Assembly: GCA_964545585.1 (NCBI GenBank)
Contig: CAZJFT010000001.1
Location: 6,056-70,055 of the forward strand
From: an uncultured Methanosarcinales archaeon
Lineage (GTDB): Archaea > Nanobdellota > Nanobdellia > Woesearchaeales > UBA9642
Reading direction: 5' to 3'
Length of the DNA stretch: 64,000 bases
Both the position numbers and the translations under genes were made by a program. Shown here piece by piece: positions 29,945-40,410 of this stretch. The notes under the pieces were generated by a model. That model was given only the letters and a program-made list of their open reading frames with translations. It ran no database searches and was not told the origin of the DNA. Positions within the stretch are counted from its first letter, which is position 1, and each line of letters begins with the position of its first letter.

Positions 29945-30322
29945 ATGGTTGAAACAACAGACAGCATATTGATGAGGCTTCTTGAAAGCATAATAATAAA
30001 CGGTCATGAGCACATAATCGCCAACTTCAGGGACAAGGAGAAGATATTAGACTACATGAAGACAAAGCAGCAACCTGCACTCGTAGAGATAGATAAGGTC
30101 TGCAGGATGCACATGAGCAAAATTAAAGGGAATCAGCGTATATTGTTCCTTAAAATAGTCGAGCAAGTTGCGGCATATAAAGGCATAGTAGATTTGCTGC
30201 TCAAGGACAATGATAAGCACATGCTGATAAACAGGGTCATAGAGAACTTGAATGATGCATATGAGAAGCTGAAAGATGCTATAAAGGATTATAAATCTGC
30301 GAAATATAGTGCTGCTGCATGA
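29945..30322 (+). CDS. Hypothetical helical protein
   Basis: 125-aa ORF 4 nt after previous stop. Confidence 0.7.
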   Translation: MVETTDSILMRLLESIIINGHEHIIANFRDKEKILDYMKTKQQPALVEIDKVCRMHMSKIKGNQRILFLKIVEQVAAYKGIVDLLLKDNDKHMLINRVIENLNDAYEKLKDAIKDYKSAKYSAAA

Positions 30323-30369
30323 ATCTTTGGCATAAAAATTTATAAATATCCATTTATTCCTTCCTGAAA

Positions 30370-31536
30370 ATGGGCAATAATTCTGGTGTGAAAGATAAGT
30401 CAAAAGAAGACACTAAGGACAATGCTAGCTTCAGCTATACCGAGCAGATAAACAGCGTCCTAGAGGATGAAAACAGGATATTACGGGAAGCGGTCAATTC
30501 TTTGAGAGAAGAAGTTGAACGTTTTAAGGCGCCCAGCCTCATGGTCGCAGAAGTCTCCGAATTAGTCAATGATCATGCGCTGATAAAGATACCTAATGGG
30601 AACAAGTTCTATGTGAGCGTATCAAAGAATGTGAAGATAGAGCCAGGAGATTCTGTGCTTGTAGAACAGAAGAACCTTAATATAGTCGATAAGATATATG
30701 TGTCAAAAAATTTTGATGTTGAACGATTCGTGATAATAGAGAAACCGAAGATAACTTGGGAAGAGATAGGCGGGTTGAGAGAGCAGATAGAAGACATAAA
30801 AGAAGTCATAGAACTGCCATTGACGCATCCTGAACTGTTCAAGAAGATAGGCATACAGCCTCCAAAAGGGATACTTTTGCATGGGCCACCAGGCACTGGA
30901 AAAACTCTGCTGGCAAAAGCCATAGCAAATTCAACTAATGCAACATTCATTGAGATAGTAGGTTCAGAAGTGGTGCAGAAATTCATCGGAGATGGAGCCA
31001 AACTAATCAAGGAGATATTCCTGCTTGCGAAATCCAAAGCCCCATCGATAGTATTCATCGACGAGCTTGATGCATTATGCGCAAAAAGGATAGAGCTAGG
31101 GACTTCAGGAGAGAGAGAAGTGCAGAGGACATTCATGCAGTTGCTTGCTGAGTTAGACGGATTCAAACCATTGGACAATGTTAAGATAATCGGATGTACA
31201 AACAGGAAAGACATATTGGATCCGGCAATATTGCGTCCTGGAAGGCTCGACAGGCTCATAGAAGTCCCTAATCCGGATTTGGAAGGGATGAAACAGATAT
31301 ACAAGATTCACATGAAGAATATGCCTCTTGATAAGAAGATAAATATGTCAAGGGTTTATGAGATGTCAAAGGAAATATCTGGTGCAGAGATAAAGGCAGT
31401 AGTTACAGAAGCAGGATATTTTGCGATAAGAGATAACAGAGAGATCGTCAAGGAAGAGGATTTTGTCAGTGCAATAAACAAAGTGCGAAAAGGCGAGGAT
31501 AAGTACGGTAATGAGTATATTGAGATGTTCGGCTAA
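30370..31536 (+). CDS. pan: Proteasome-activating nucleotidase
   Basis: Coiled coil + OB + AAA (GPPGTGKT, FIDELD, LDPAILRPGRLDR), C-terminal MFG. Confidence 0.93.
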   Translation: MGNNSGVKDKSKEDTKDNASFSYTEQINSVLEDENRILREAVNSLREEVERFKAPSLMVAEVSELVNDHALIKIPNGNKFYVSVSKNVKIEPGDSVLVEQKNLNIVDKIYVSKNFDVERFVIIEKPKITWEEIGGLREQIEDIKEVIELPLTHPELFKKIGIQPPKGILLHGPPGTGKTLLAKAIANSTNATFIEIVGSEVVQKFIGDGAKLIKEIFLLAKSKAPSIVFIDELDALCAKRIELGTSGEREVQRTFMQLLAELDGFKPLDNVKIIGCTNRKDILDPAILRPGRLDRLIEVPNPDLEGMKQIYKIHMKNMPLDKKINMSRVYEMSKEISGAEIKAVVTEAGYFAIRDNREIVKEEDFVSAINKVRKGEDKYGNEYIEMFG

Positions 31537-31573
31537 AAAAACGTAAAAAAAACAAAAGAAATTCTTTAAAATA

Positions 31574-32614
31574 TTATTTCATTTCTTTCCATGAAAGGCT
31601 CATCATCTTTGCCTTGTCGGGAATGCTTACTTTTGCAGTGAAATAATATGATTCATCATTTCCGCATACTGCGGCAACGAGGTCGCTTGATGTAATCATC
31701 TTGAAATCCTGGATCGTTATCCCGTAAACCTGCCCATAATATGCCATGACCAATTCTTCTTCTGAAGGGGCCTTGATGAACTGTATGTTTCCCGCATCAT
31801 ACCATTTCCTCCAAGGCGTCTTTGCACATTGCAATGGCTGGAACTTTATGGTCGTCTCATAATAGGTTTGTGTAAGCTCATTCCATCTGCCGTCTATTAT
31901 TGCGCCGATTATCTTTCCTTTCTGTATCCCGATTATTATGTCGTGCTTGGACATCACTGCCGGGCCAACTATCTCGCCACGGTCGCCATAACCTCCAGAC
32001 CTGAATGAGTATGTGAGTGCATATGTCACAGGATATGTCTCTAAAACATCAATCTTTACGAATTTAAGGTCCTCTCCATCATAAGAGTATGTCGGCGCTT
32101 TCCTTATCCATTCTTCAGCGATTGTTTTCAATTCCTCTTCGGGAAGATCGTATATCGTGTTGACGTATGACTGCATCGCTTCAAATACCAATCGCACATT
32201 GTCAGGATAATATTCTAGGAAGTATGGCTCTAAAACCACTACTTTCGACGTGTTGCCGAAATTTACTGCCAGCTTTGCATTACCGACATCCGCAACGGTG
32301 ACTTCTGGAGGAGAATATTTATCCTGCATCTCCATGAATTCTTTATCATTGAACATCTTCAATAATGCAGCATACTCCTCTTTTACAATGCTCTTCTGAT
32401 ATGTTTCGGTAATCTTATTATCTCCTGAATACACTAAGTAAGTTATCTTTTCTGGATTGATTATAATTGTTTGTTTCGCACGCTCGGCAGGAACGAATCC
32501 GCCATATGTCTCGAACTGGAATATAGCTCCCTCTGGAATCTCTTGCGTCTGTGTCTTGCATGCAGAAAAGACCATCGCAGTGATTAAAAATGCCAATAAA
32601 AGTGTCCTTTTCAT
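31574..32614 (-). CDS. Secreted lipoprotein-like protein
   Basis: MKR + hydrophobic stretch + FSAC lipobox. Confidence 0.72.
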   Translation of the reverse strand: MKRTLLLAFLITAMVFSACKTQTQEIPEGAIFQFETYGGFVPAERAKQTIIINPEKITYLVYSGDNKITETYQKSIVKEEYAALLKMFNDKEFMEMQDKYSPPEVTVADVGNAKLAVNFGNTSKVVVLEPYFLEYYPDNVRLVFEAMQSYVNTIYDLPEEELKTIAEEWIRKAPTYSYDGEDLKFVKIDVLETYPVTYALTYSFRSGGYGDRGEIVGPAVMSKHDIIIGIQKGKIIGAIIDGRWNELTQTYYETTIKFQPLQCAKTPWRKWYDAGNIQFIKAPSEEELVMAYYGQVYGITIQDFKMITSSDLVAAVCGNDESYYFTAKVSIPDKAKMMSLSWKEMK

Positions 32615-32716
32615 TTACTTCACCTTATTCAAGAAAATTTTGGTAATATAAATATCTTATGATGGTTCTCATGCTGATTGAAGTTAATTTTATAAACATC
32701 CATATATTCTATTCAC

Positions 32717-32794
32717 TGTGCGCGATGAGGTTGTGAACACCCGATGACCGATTCGAAGTCGGAATGATTGACGGAAGTAACTGCCGAGCGCACA
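32717..32794 (+). ncRNA. Box C/D guide sRNA (two K-turns)
   Basis: Terminal stem TGTGCGC/GCGCACA; C-like GATGAGG, D' ATGA, hairpin CCGATT/AGTCGG, C' AATGATT, D-like CCGA; TTTATAAA at 32689-32696 and T-run after; GC-rich island in AT-rich gap. Confidence 0.75.
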
Positions 32795-32884
32795 CTTTTA
32801 TACATAAAGATACTAGAAATATTAACTTCTCAATAGTGGTAATAAAATAGAAACTTTTTTAAAGGGAATATTGTTGATAAAAAA

Positions 32885-33676
32885 ATGCAACCAAAAAACA
32901 CTAATGAATGGGTAGAAGAATACTGGAACACGATAACCCCTAAAGATATAAAGATAACAACCCAAGAAGATAACGACAAATTTCTCATAGAAAGATTTGG
33001 AGAAGATAAGTTTCAAGAATTCATCAGAAAATACAAGCAATACATCAATCCCGAGAATGAAAGGCAGAGAATAGAATTCGTGAGTTTCATCCAACAAACG
33101 GGAATGTATCCTTATGTGAGACCAGAAATGATGATGATGAAAAAAGAGGTCCTCAAATCCATAAAGAACTACTTGAATACAAAAGAAGATATAGAACTCT
33201 TAGATTTGGGATGTGAAGATGGAAGAATAACTCTCGGACTGCATTTAGGTCTAGAAAACATATCAAAAACAACAGGGATAGATTATTCGGGCGCAGCAAT
33301 AAACAATATGAAAAAGAACGTGAAAAAATTAGAAGAAAAATATGGCGGCATACACGACCTTGTAATGAAAAAAGAAAGTTTTACCGACAAAGAATTTGCA
33401 CATGAGAGAGGCGAGAAGCCATTAGGGATGCTCTTCCTATTCCCTTCTTATAGTACAGACACAATCATAAAAGTAATAAGAAAGATATCTCCGAATTTCA
33501 CAATAATATCGAAAAATATGTATCATCTCGACGACACGATTGCCGAAAAAAATATAGAGAACATATTACGACACGTTAACACATCATGTTATGGACACCA
33601 TATAAAATGTACATCCATAGATTACAAAAGAATTACTGATAAAGAAGCAGTTTTTATAGGAGTCATACAGCCATGA
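32885..33676 (+). CDS. Class I SAM-dependent methyltransferase-like protein
   Basis: LLDLGCEDG motif I, GIDYS motif II. Confidence 0.7.
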   Translation: MQPKNTNEWVEEYWNTITPKDIKITTQEDNDKFLIERFGEDKFQEFIRKYKQYINPENERQRIEFVSFIQQTGMYPYVRPEMMMMKKEVLKSIKNYLNTKEDIELLDLGCEDGRITLGLHLGLENISKTTGIDYSGAAINNMKKNVKKLEEKYGGIHDLVMKKESFTDKEFAHERGEKPLGMLFLFPSYSTDTIIKVIRKISPNFTIISKNMYHLDDTIAEKNIENILRHVNTSCYGHHIKCTSIDYKRITDKEAVFIGVIQP

Positions 33677-34401
33677 CAAAGAAACTTGAGAGGATAATTG
33701 CAGAATACAAGACATTGAGCAACAATCATTATAGGGAATATTCTAATAATAAGTATGTCAAGGAATTCCAAGAATTCTATGAAGGGATAAAATTCCTCAA
33801 AAAATATTTCAGGGATCCTGAGATAAAAAAAGTAAAAGAACGACATACAGAAGCAATACATGAAGATCTCGTCAACCATCATAATTATTCTTATAAGTTT
33901 GCGACAAAGATAGCAAGAGCTGTGCCGATGCCTATAGAGAACAGGATAGGAAGAGCGTTTGTCGCGTTCGGACTTGGAATGAGTTTAGGGAGAATACACG
34001 AAGAGAATGTAGACTTGATAACAAAATATTCGGGATTGACAAAAAAAGAATATAGATGGGGTTGTGTCGTTGCGGAGGCATTGAACAATCCATTTAGTGC
34101 AATTCAACAAGGAATTGGTGGTTTGATAGTAGATTATGTTGTGAATGAAGGATATGGTGCAATCACTGGCGACAACAGTAAACCCATAAATACAAATGAT
34201 TATTACCCTTATGCATATCTTGCAGTCGCATATTTGGACACTATAAAGTCTGCCATAGACAACTTCCGAGGAAAAAGATATAGAGATAATAAACTAATGA
34301 TTACTAGGTTGCCTTCAATAATAACATATAGTTTTAGTCTTGCACACAGAAGATATCTGCGTAAAGCAGCTAAACAATCTGGAAATCTACACATATCCTG
34401 A
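33673..34401 (+). CDS. Hypothetical protein
   Basis: 242-aa ORF coupled to upstream gene (ATGA overlap). Confidence 0.65.
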   Translation: MTKKLERIIAEYKTLSNNHYREYSNNKYVKEFQEFYEGIKFLKKYFRDPEIKKVKERHTEAIHEDLVNHHNYSYKFATKIARAVPMPIENRIGRAFVAFGLGMSLGRIHEENVDLITKYSGLTKKEYRWGCVVAEALNNPFSAIQQGIGGLIVDYVVNEGYGAITGDNSKPINTNDYYPYAYLAVAYLDTIKSAIDNFRGKRYRDNKLMITRLPSIITYSFSLAHRRYLRKAAKQSGNLHIS

Positions 34402-35395
34402 ATACATGCGGGGCGTGCTGACCGCATCTGACTAAATCAAGAATCTTGCATTTGATCTTGTTCTTTTTGCATGCATCCGCTATCTTCTTCTTTGCCTCGT
34501 CAAAGCTTTTATCATCCAAAAAATCATAGAAGTGGACTATCGTTCCTTTTTTTGAAACTGAAAGCGCGTCGTCAAGGAATTCGTCAGCAGTCTTCGGAAG
34601 CGGCATGATTATCCTGTCGAATTTCATGTTTTTCTTTTTCAATTCTGGAACAACATCATGGACATCGCCGCATATCAATTCTACATTCTTGCACTTGTTC
34701 AATTTTATGTTTTCAAGACCATATTTGTGTCCATCAGGGTTTATCTCTATCCCTAAAATAGATTTTGCCTTCGTGTTTTTCGATAAGACGACAGGATACG
34801 GTGCTGCGCCAGAGAACATGACAAGAATCTCTTCTCCTGCTTTTACTTGTTTCATTATCCTCTTCCGTTCATTACCCAATCTTATTGAAAAGTAGACTTT
34901 CTCTACATCAAGCTTCATGACTGTCCCGTTCTCTTTGTAAAGCGTCTCTTTAGTTTTTATTCCTGCAAGATATTCCATCTTCTGAGTCCTGAAAACTCCT
35001 CCATGTATCGCCGCTTTCTTCAACACAGTCTTCACATTCTTGTTTGTTTTGAGAAGAGTCTCTGCAATCAATCTCTCGTGATGCTCCAAATCTTTAGGTA
35101 TCTCAAGGATTGCAATATTTCCTATTATGTCATGTGCAGTCTTTACGAAATCCATCTCTTCTTTAGATAATTTTCCAGAAAGGTTCTCTTTCAAAGTTCC
35201 AGAGGTCTTTACCTTATCTAAATCCATTTCCACAAAATCAACATTCCCTTTCAACACTTCGAATTTCCTCTTTACAGGAAAGTATATGAAATTCTTGTCC
35301 TTCTTGAACCTGAACCTAGTGTCGAATCCATCTGTATCTAAAAGATAAGTTTTCCACTTCTCAGCATCCTTCAAGGGAACCTTCAATGCTAGCAT
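34370..35395 (-). CDS. trm5: tRNA m1G37 methyltransferase Trm5 (possibly Trm5a/Taw22 type)
   Basis: N-terminal D1 (IYFPV), DIIGNIAI, KENG, KVYFS-x-RL-x-x-ER-x-R, MFSGAAPY, IEINP, RIIMPLPK. Confidence 0.88.
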   Translation of the reverse strand: MLALKVPLKDAEKWKTYLLDTDGFDTRFRFKKDKNFIYFPVKRKFEVLKGNVDFVEMDLDKVKTSGTLKENLSGKLSKEEMDFVKTAHDIIGNIAILEIPKDLEHHERLIAETLLKTNKNVKTVLKKAAIHGGVFRTQKMEYLAGIKTKETLYKENGTVMKLDVEKVYFSIRLGNERKRIMKQVKAGEEILVMFSGAAPYPVVLSKNTKAKSILGIEINPDGHKYGLENIKLNKCKNVELICGDVHDVVPELKKKNMKFDRIIMPLPKTADEFLDDALSVSKKGTIVHFYDFLDDKSFDEAKKKIADACKKNKIKCKILDLVRCGQHAPHVFRICVDFQIV

Positions 35396-35454
35396 GATTT
35401 TAGGACACAGTCAGCCTTTATAAATTTAAAAGAATCAATTAAATAACGTAAGCG

Positions 35455-36492
35455 CTAGAACCATTCTCCTAATCCTTTCTGTGATTTAGGCCTTGCATGG
35501 AGTGGCTCGAGGATTTTCCTCACTCGCTCTTCTGAGAAATCATGCTTCTTGCATAGGACGTCTACAACTTTCTCATCATCGACCTCTTTGAACACAATCT
35601 TATAATCATCTGTCGTCTCTGTGTCCTTTATTATATTGAATACGTCTTTCCAATCATAATCGAAATGTTCATCCCATCCCTTGTCTTTGAACAACCTGTC
35701 GAAGTCTGATTCTTTATGGCCGTATTCCTTCACTAGTTTCAGTGCAGTCTTGTGACCGATGCCTTTTATCCCGCCGATATTGTAATCTGTGCCTGTGAGC
35801 ATCGCGATAATAATCAGTTGATCTAAAGTAACATCAAGATTTTTCAGAGTGTCAGACAAACTAATCAATTCTGGAGTAATTACGTCATAATTCAATTTCC
35901 CTGCCTGTTTCCTCCTCCCAGAAAGTGTCAAGTTCTTAACAACTAGAGGACATCCAAAAATGAGAGAGTCAGCATCCTGGCTCAATGAAGCATAAGCCTG
36001 CCTGTTCTTAACTATCAATGCTGCCTGTGCCTCTCCCTCTGATGGCGCTTGAACTATACACATCCCTAATGCATCAATCAATTCTTTGGCATCAGCAATC
36101 ATGTCTTTTGTCAGCTTAGAAGTCCTTGCAGCATACTTCTTCATCTCATCCAGATCTTCCTTCTCCCTGGCCTCTTCATACTTCTTTTCTGCCTCATTCT
36201 TCAATTCTGCACGTCTTGCACGCTCTTTCAGCTTAAGGTCTGGAGGTTTTCCATCAAAAACGAAAATGAATTTTATATCATGCTGCATAAGTTTTGTGAA
36301 TCGGTAAAAGAGGCCGTTGAGATGACTAGTGACATTCCCTTGACTGTCCTTGAGGAGCGAGCCGTCAGGTTGCCTAATTGACGCCAGGAACATGTACAAC
36401 TGATTGAAAGCATCCACAACAATAGTCTTCCCTTTCAAATCATCGATAGACAGCTCCTTGCTCTCCAATAATTCAGTTATCTTAGTGCCCAT
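35455..36492 (-). CDS. fen: Flap endonuclease 1
   Basis: DAFNQLYMFL-x-x-IRQPDG, TSHL-x-GLFYR, FVFDG, APSEGEAQ, SQD-x-D, GTDYN-x-GGIKGIG, C-terminal PIP box QKGLGEWF. Confidence 0.96.
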   Translation of the reverse strand: MGTKITELLESKELSIDDLKGKTIVVDAFNQLYMFLASIRQPDGSLLKDSQGNVTSHLNGLFYRFTKLMQHDIKFIFVFDGKPPDLKLKERARRAELKNEAEKKYEEAREKEDLDEMKKYAARTSKLTKDMIADAKELIDALGMCIVQAPSEGEAQAALIVKNRQAYASLSQDADSLIFGCPLVVKNLTLSGRRKQAGKLNYDVITPELISLSDTLKNLDVTLDQLIIIAMLTGTDYNIGGIKGIGHKTALKLVKEYGHKESDFDRLFKDKGWDEHFDYDWKDVFNIIKDTETTDDYKIVFKEVDDEKVVDVLCKKHDFSEERVRKILEPLHARPKSQKGLGEWF

Positions 36493-36510
36493 GAGAATCA
36501 CTCGAAAAAA

Positions 36511-37620
36511 TTACACATACCTCTCTACATATCTTTCCGCTTTCTCAAGCTCTTTCTGATGATGCTCGAGGAATGCAGACATCTTATCTATTAGAATCTG
36601 TTTCAATTCACCGCTCAACATCTTTCCTGATTTATAATCTTGATAGATTTCAGAAAGTCTCTTGTCATCTGGCTCGAAGAAGTATTTCAAGTATTGAAAA
36701 GATACGTCGATATCTGGATTGCCACCATATTTCCTGTGCGCTTCCAAAGTATCTCTGCCTCCAGAGAATGCGTATTTCTTTATCTTTTTCTCTGCTTCCT
36801 TTGGAGTGTCAGTCAATGCTATGTACGAATTAGGGTCTGAGCTTGACATCTTCCCGCCAGATAATCCTGGCATGAACAGGTGATATGTCGAGCATAATTC
36901 CTTGAATTGAAACTCTTTGCATCTCGATGCTACATCCCTCGCAAGTCTTATGTGAGGGTCCTGATCTATTCCCACCGGAACAACAACAGGTATCGGCCCT
37001 TCGAATTCTTTCAACTGTGGATGCAGCATATCTGCTGCCTGAAGAAGCGCCGAAAGCATCTTCCCTGGCGATATCTCCCCGTAGACTGCACGGAATTCAT
37101 TGAATGTTGCATGTCTTGCAAGGATATTCTGAAGCCTATAATATGAATTTGCCTTTTCCTGATGCTTGCTCCTGTTGCTCTGGAAATATATCTCAAGATT
37201 TTCTGGCTTCAACCCGAGCGCAATGTAATTCTTTATGTACTGCTCTATTGCGATTTTCCTTGATTCTTCAAGTGATTGGTTACGCGCATTATATGCCTCT
37301 ATGTCTGCAACAGCAATATAGAGTTTTGCACCGAGGCCCTGATAGAATATCATCTGCTGCGCCACGAGCATATGTCCTATATGGAATTTTCCTGTAGGCA
37401 TCAAACCAGTCATCATGATGAACGGTTTCTTATTATGTACAGAGCTTATTATCTGTCCAAATCCTCTATGAGCAAATATTGTCTTTCTCCTGAAAAGGAC
37501 ATTTTCCTTGAATGCTTCTGGAAGTGAATCTAGGTCTTTCAATTCCTCTACGCCGAAATCCTTCATCAGTTTCTGGTAATCTATATCTCCTTCAACTTGC
37601 CATGGATTGAATACGTTCAT
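36511..37620 (-). CDS. trpS: Tryptophan--tRNA ligase
   Basis: PW-x-V-x-G-x-IDY, HIGH, GIDQDPH, KMSSS, AFSGGR. Confidence 0.95.
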   Translation of the reverse strand: MNVFNPWQVEGDIDYQKLMKDFGVEELKDLDSLPEAFKENVLFRRKTIFAHRGFGQIISSVHNKKPFIMMTGLMPTGKFHIGHMLVAQQMIFYQGLGAKLYIAVADIEAYNARNQSLEESRKIAIEQYIKNYIALGLKPENLEIYFQSNRSKHQEKANSYYRLQNILARHATFNEFRAVYGEISPGKMLSALLQAADMLHPQLKEFEGPIPVVVPVGIDQDPHIRLARDVASRCKEFQFKELCSTYHLFMPGLSGGKMSSSDPNSYIALTDTPKEAEKKIKKYAFSGGRDTLEAHRKYGGNPDIDVSFQYLKYFFEPDDKRLSEIYQDYKSGKMLSGELKQILIDKMSAFLEHHQKELEKAERYVERYV

Positions 37621-37740
37621 GATTACTGAATAGAAAGAGTGTTTATATATTTTCTTGTCGCAAAAATCAAATTCACTATCTTAAAATAAAAACATTAAAA
37701 AAGAGTTTGTTACGTATACTACTCCCCAAAGGGATATAGA

Positions 37741-39339
37741 ATGTCAGAATATCAAAAAACGAGCGACGAAATAGTCATATACGAAATAACAAGATTCCTC
37801 AATGCGCGTGATTACAGCATAGGACATATCGAACCTGCAGGTAAATACGACAACATAATATCGCTCACATCAAACCACGTGCCAAGAGAATTGAACCTTA
37901 AGATAAAAAGGCCCGTATATGATGGAGTCATTGCGACTCTTACAGATAGGGGAGAACCATATTTATGTCCTGAAAATTCTAAATATGAGTTCCGTTTCAA
38001 GAAGAAAACATTAATCGGAGAAAAACCTCTGTTGAGCTATACCCAGAAGATAAATTCTGAGACAGAACTCCATTCATTCTTGTCAGGGATAATATACGGG
38101 ACAAAATCAATCCCTCTAAAGAAGCTATATAACATAATGCCCGAACTTAAAGCGAGGGTTGAATTCAGGATAATAGATGTGCTTTCAGAGACCATACTCA
38201 ACACTACGACTGCCGCAAGAGTGATAAATAATTTCGATGAAGACGCATGGTATATCCTTGCAGGAGGAGGAGCATCATTCATAGAAATCAGTGCAGAGAA
38301 AGGATTCTCAAAAAAAGCCACTAAAATAACATCACGATTGCCTCAGGCAAGATACGCATCATTGCAGGATTCTCCAAGGAACACTATAAACCAGATTATT
38401 GAGAGAAGGGATGTGGTCGCATGGGAAAGGCTTCTCGAATTGACGAAAGACATCGCACCAAAATACGGTTTGACACAGAACAAGTTCTCTGCACCGACAA
38501 GGATATCAAAGCTAGAGAGGCTTTTAATCGAGGACAAGAACAAGTTCAATGAGGAGATAGATTCTTGGAAGATACCTGATGAGAAATTCAAGAATACTTT
38601 GAAAGAGATAGAGCCGATAAATTATTCTGCAATAAGGGACCTTATCAAACAGTACATAACATTTTTGGATACAAAAAAACTTCTAAAACCAAATATTGAT
38701 GTAGAGAAGACTATTGGAAAGATATCCGGGGGATTTGCAGGAAAGACATTGCCTGAATTGAGGAAAGAACTCTCCGACAAGATAAGAAAAGTCATCAAAG
38801 AGCCTTCGAAGGGAGAATACTTAGAGACCATAAGCGATGTAAAGCGTGATCTTGAAAAAAATATACTCATTGATACAGGTATATTCTTAGGAAAATATCC
38901 TCTAGCCTATCTTGCGTCGAGCAATCTGCAGGTGCCGAAAGAATTGCTCCTTTCATGGTACGTCGCTGAAGAAGGATTGAAGATATGGAACGCTGTAGGC
39001 TTCGAGAGGATAAACAACATCTTGAGATTGAATTATATGATGGATGAATTGAACAAGGATCCCACCATATCTGGCGGCGCGGATATAGAGAACATATTCG
39101 ACTCTCACATAAGCAAGATAGAATCAGCGACACAGACCGTAGGCATCGGTGTGGGCCTGGTAGGACAATACTATTCTAAGAAGACGAGCGGAATAACTAA
39201 TTATGTTATGGACGCCCTCTCTTTAGGATTGATGTTTTTAGGGATAAAGAAATGGTATAATTATATGAATTCAACGCTAGAGCGATGCGAGAAAGAGATA
39301 AAAGCTTCGTCTGAGTTGATAAGCCTTGACGGTGCTTGA
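37741..39339 (+). CDS. Large hypothetical protein with C-terminal hydrophobic helices
   Basis: 532-aa ORF; no motif recognised. Confidence 0.72.
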   Translation: MSEYQKTSDEIVIYEITRFLNARDYSIGHIEPAGKYDNIISLTSNHVPRELNLKIKRPVYDGVIATLTDRGEPYLCPENSKYEFRFKKKTLIGEKPLLSYTQKINSETELHSFLSGIIYGTKSIPLKKLYNIMPELKARVEFRIIDVLSETILNTTTAARVINNFDEDAWYILAGGGASFIEISAEKGFSKKATKITSRLPQARYASLQDSPRNTINQIIERRDVVAWERLLELTKDIAPKYGLTQNKFSAPTRISKLERLLIEDKNKFNEEIDSWKIPDEKFKNTLKEIEPINYSAIRDLIKQYITFLDTKKLLKPNIDVEKTIGKISGGFAGKTLPELRKELSDKIRKVIKEPSKGEYLETISDVKRDLEKNILIDTGIFLGKYPLAYLASSNLQVPKELLLSWYVAEEGLKIWNAVGFERINNILRLNYMMDELNKDPTISGGADIENIFDSHISKIESATQTVGIGVGLVGQYYSKKTSGITNYVMDALSLGLMFLGIKKWYNYMNSTLERCEKEIKASSELISLDGA

Positions 39340-39357
39340 AAAAATAGCGTATACTGA

Positions 39358-40341
39358 TTATAATATTTCTATAGTCATTTCTTTGAACTCTTTCTCCTTC
39401 ATCATTTCAGCTTTCTTAGTCAGATGCCCAGTCATCAAGAATATGCACGGCATCCTTTTCTGATGCGAGAACACGAATGCGGTTGAAAGGTCTCCTTCAT
39501 TGACCGTCTTCTTGTCTTTCGCAACACAATATATGTATTCGTTAGAATCATGGTTCTTCAGCACTAATGAATATTCGGTCTTCTTTATCTTCTCCTTGCT
39601 GATGATGTCAAGGCCTTTGTTGTGAACATATTCTTTTATCTTCTCAAAGAAATCCTTCTTGCTTTCATGGGTGTGCGGAACGTCATGATGCTTGACATGT
39701 CTTGTCTCATGCATAGTCTCGCGTTTATGCTCGTGCGGAGTTTCAACCATTACCTCTGGTTTCGACTGCGGGGATACTATCTTCTCAGGATCTAAAGCAT
39801 TTTTTGCTGGGAGCGGTTCAGGAGTTACTGCCTGATGTATGGCTATGGCCTTGTCTGTCTGTGAAGAGTCTTCATCTAAAATGACGTATTTTGCACTCTT
39901 CTCATCCTGTTTGTTGATTTCAGATGCGAGTCTTTCTGCCTCTTCTTTTTCTACAAGAAAATATCTATAGAATAGCTTATTTCCTGATTCGAACGGCTTC
40001 GCAAAATCCTTTATCGTCTTCATTGAGACTCTTGTCAAAGGATCCAATCTCGATTCTTGCATGACTTTCTCTTCCTTTAATATACGAGCATTCTTCTGGT
40101 CCTTATCATTCAGGTATTGCATGAACTCTTCAAGCCGCGCTTCATGTTCAGGAATGTAATATATCGGGCTTCCCCCGACCTTCAATGAAGAATACCTTAT
40201 CTCTCCGGTGCTTATCATGCCAGAGAGTATGGCTCCTATCAACATCGTGTCCCCGCCGACCACTTTGACTATCTTGCTAGGTATTGTTGGTCCTTGCTTC
40301 ACGACTTCAAGTATCTTTTCTTTAGGAATATTTTGTAGCAT
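39358..40341 (-). CDS. Hypothetical protein: N-terminal winged-helix-like region, His-rich linker, C-terminal restriction-endonuclease-like fold (tentative)
   Basis: GPTIP...GAILS...KVGGSPIYY; HETRHVKHHDVPHTHE linker; KDKKTVNEGDL. Confidence 0.7.
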   Translation of the reverse strand: MLQNIPKEKILEVVKQGPTIPSKIVKVVGGDTMLIGAILSGMISTGEIRYSSLKVGGSPIYYIPEHEARLEEFMQYLNDKDQKNARILKEEKVMQESRLDPLTRVSMKTIKDFAKPFESGNKLFYRYFLVEKEEAERLASEINKQDEKSAKYVILDEDSSQTDKAIAIHQAVTPEPLPAKNALDPEKIVSPQSKPEVMVETPHEHKRETMHETRHVKHHDVPHTHESKKDFFEKIKEYVHNKGLDIISKEKIKKTEYSLVLKNHDSNEYIYCVAKDKKTVNEGDLSTAFVFSHQKRMPCIFLMTGHLTKKAEMMKEKEFKEMTIEIL

Positions 40342-40410
40342 ACTACTAAAGAATTGTAATGATTTAAATAATTTGTCAAGAATCGTGAGACAAAACCGCC
40401 AGATAAATCA

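Noticed and set aside
30609..31304. Long antisense ORFs (e.g. 30609-31304, 58369-59199, 62653-63414)
   Set aside because: Shadows of conserved genes on the opposite strand, with no protein-like motifs
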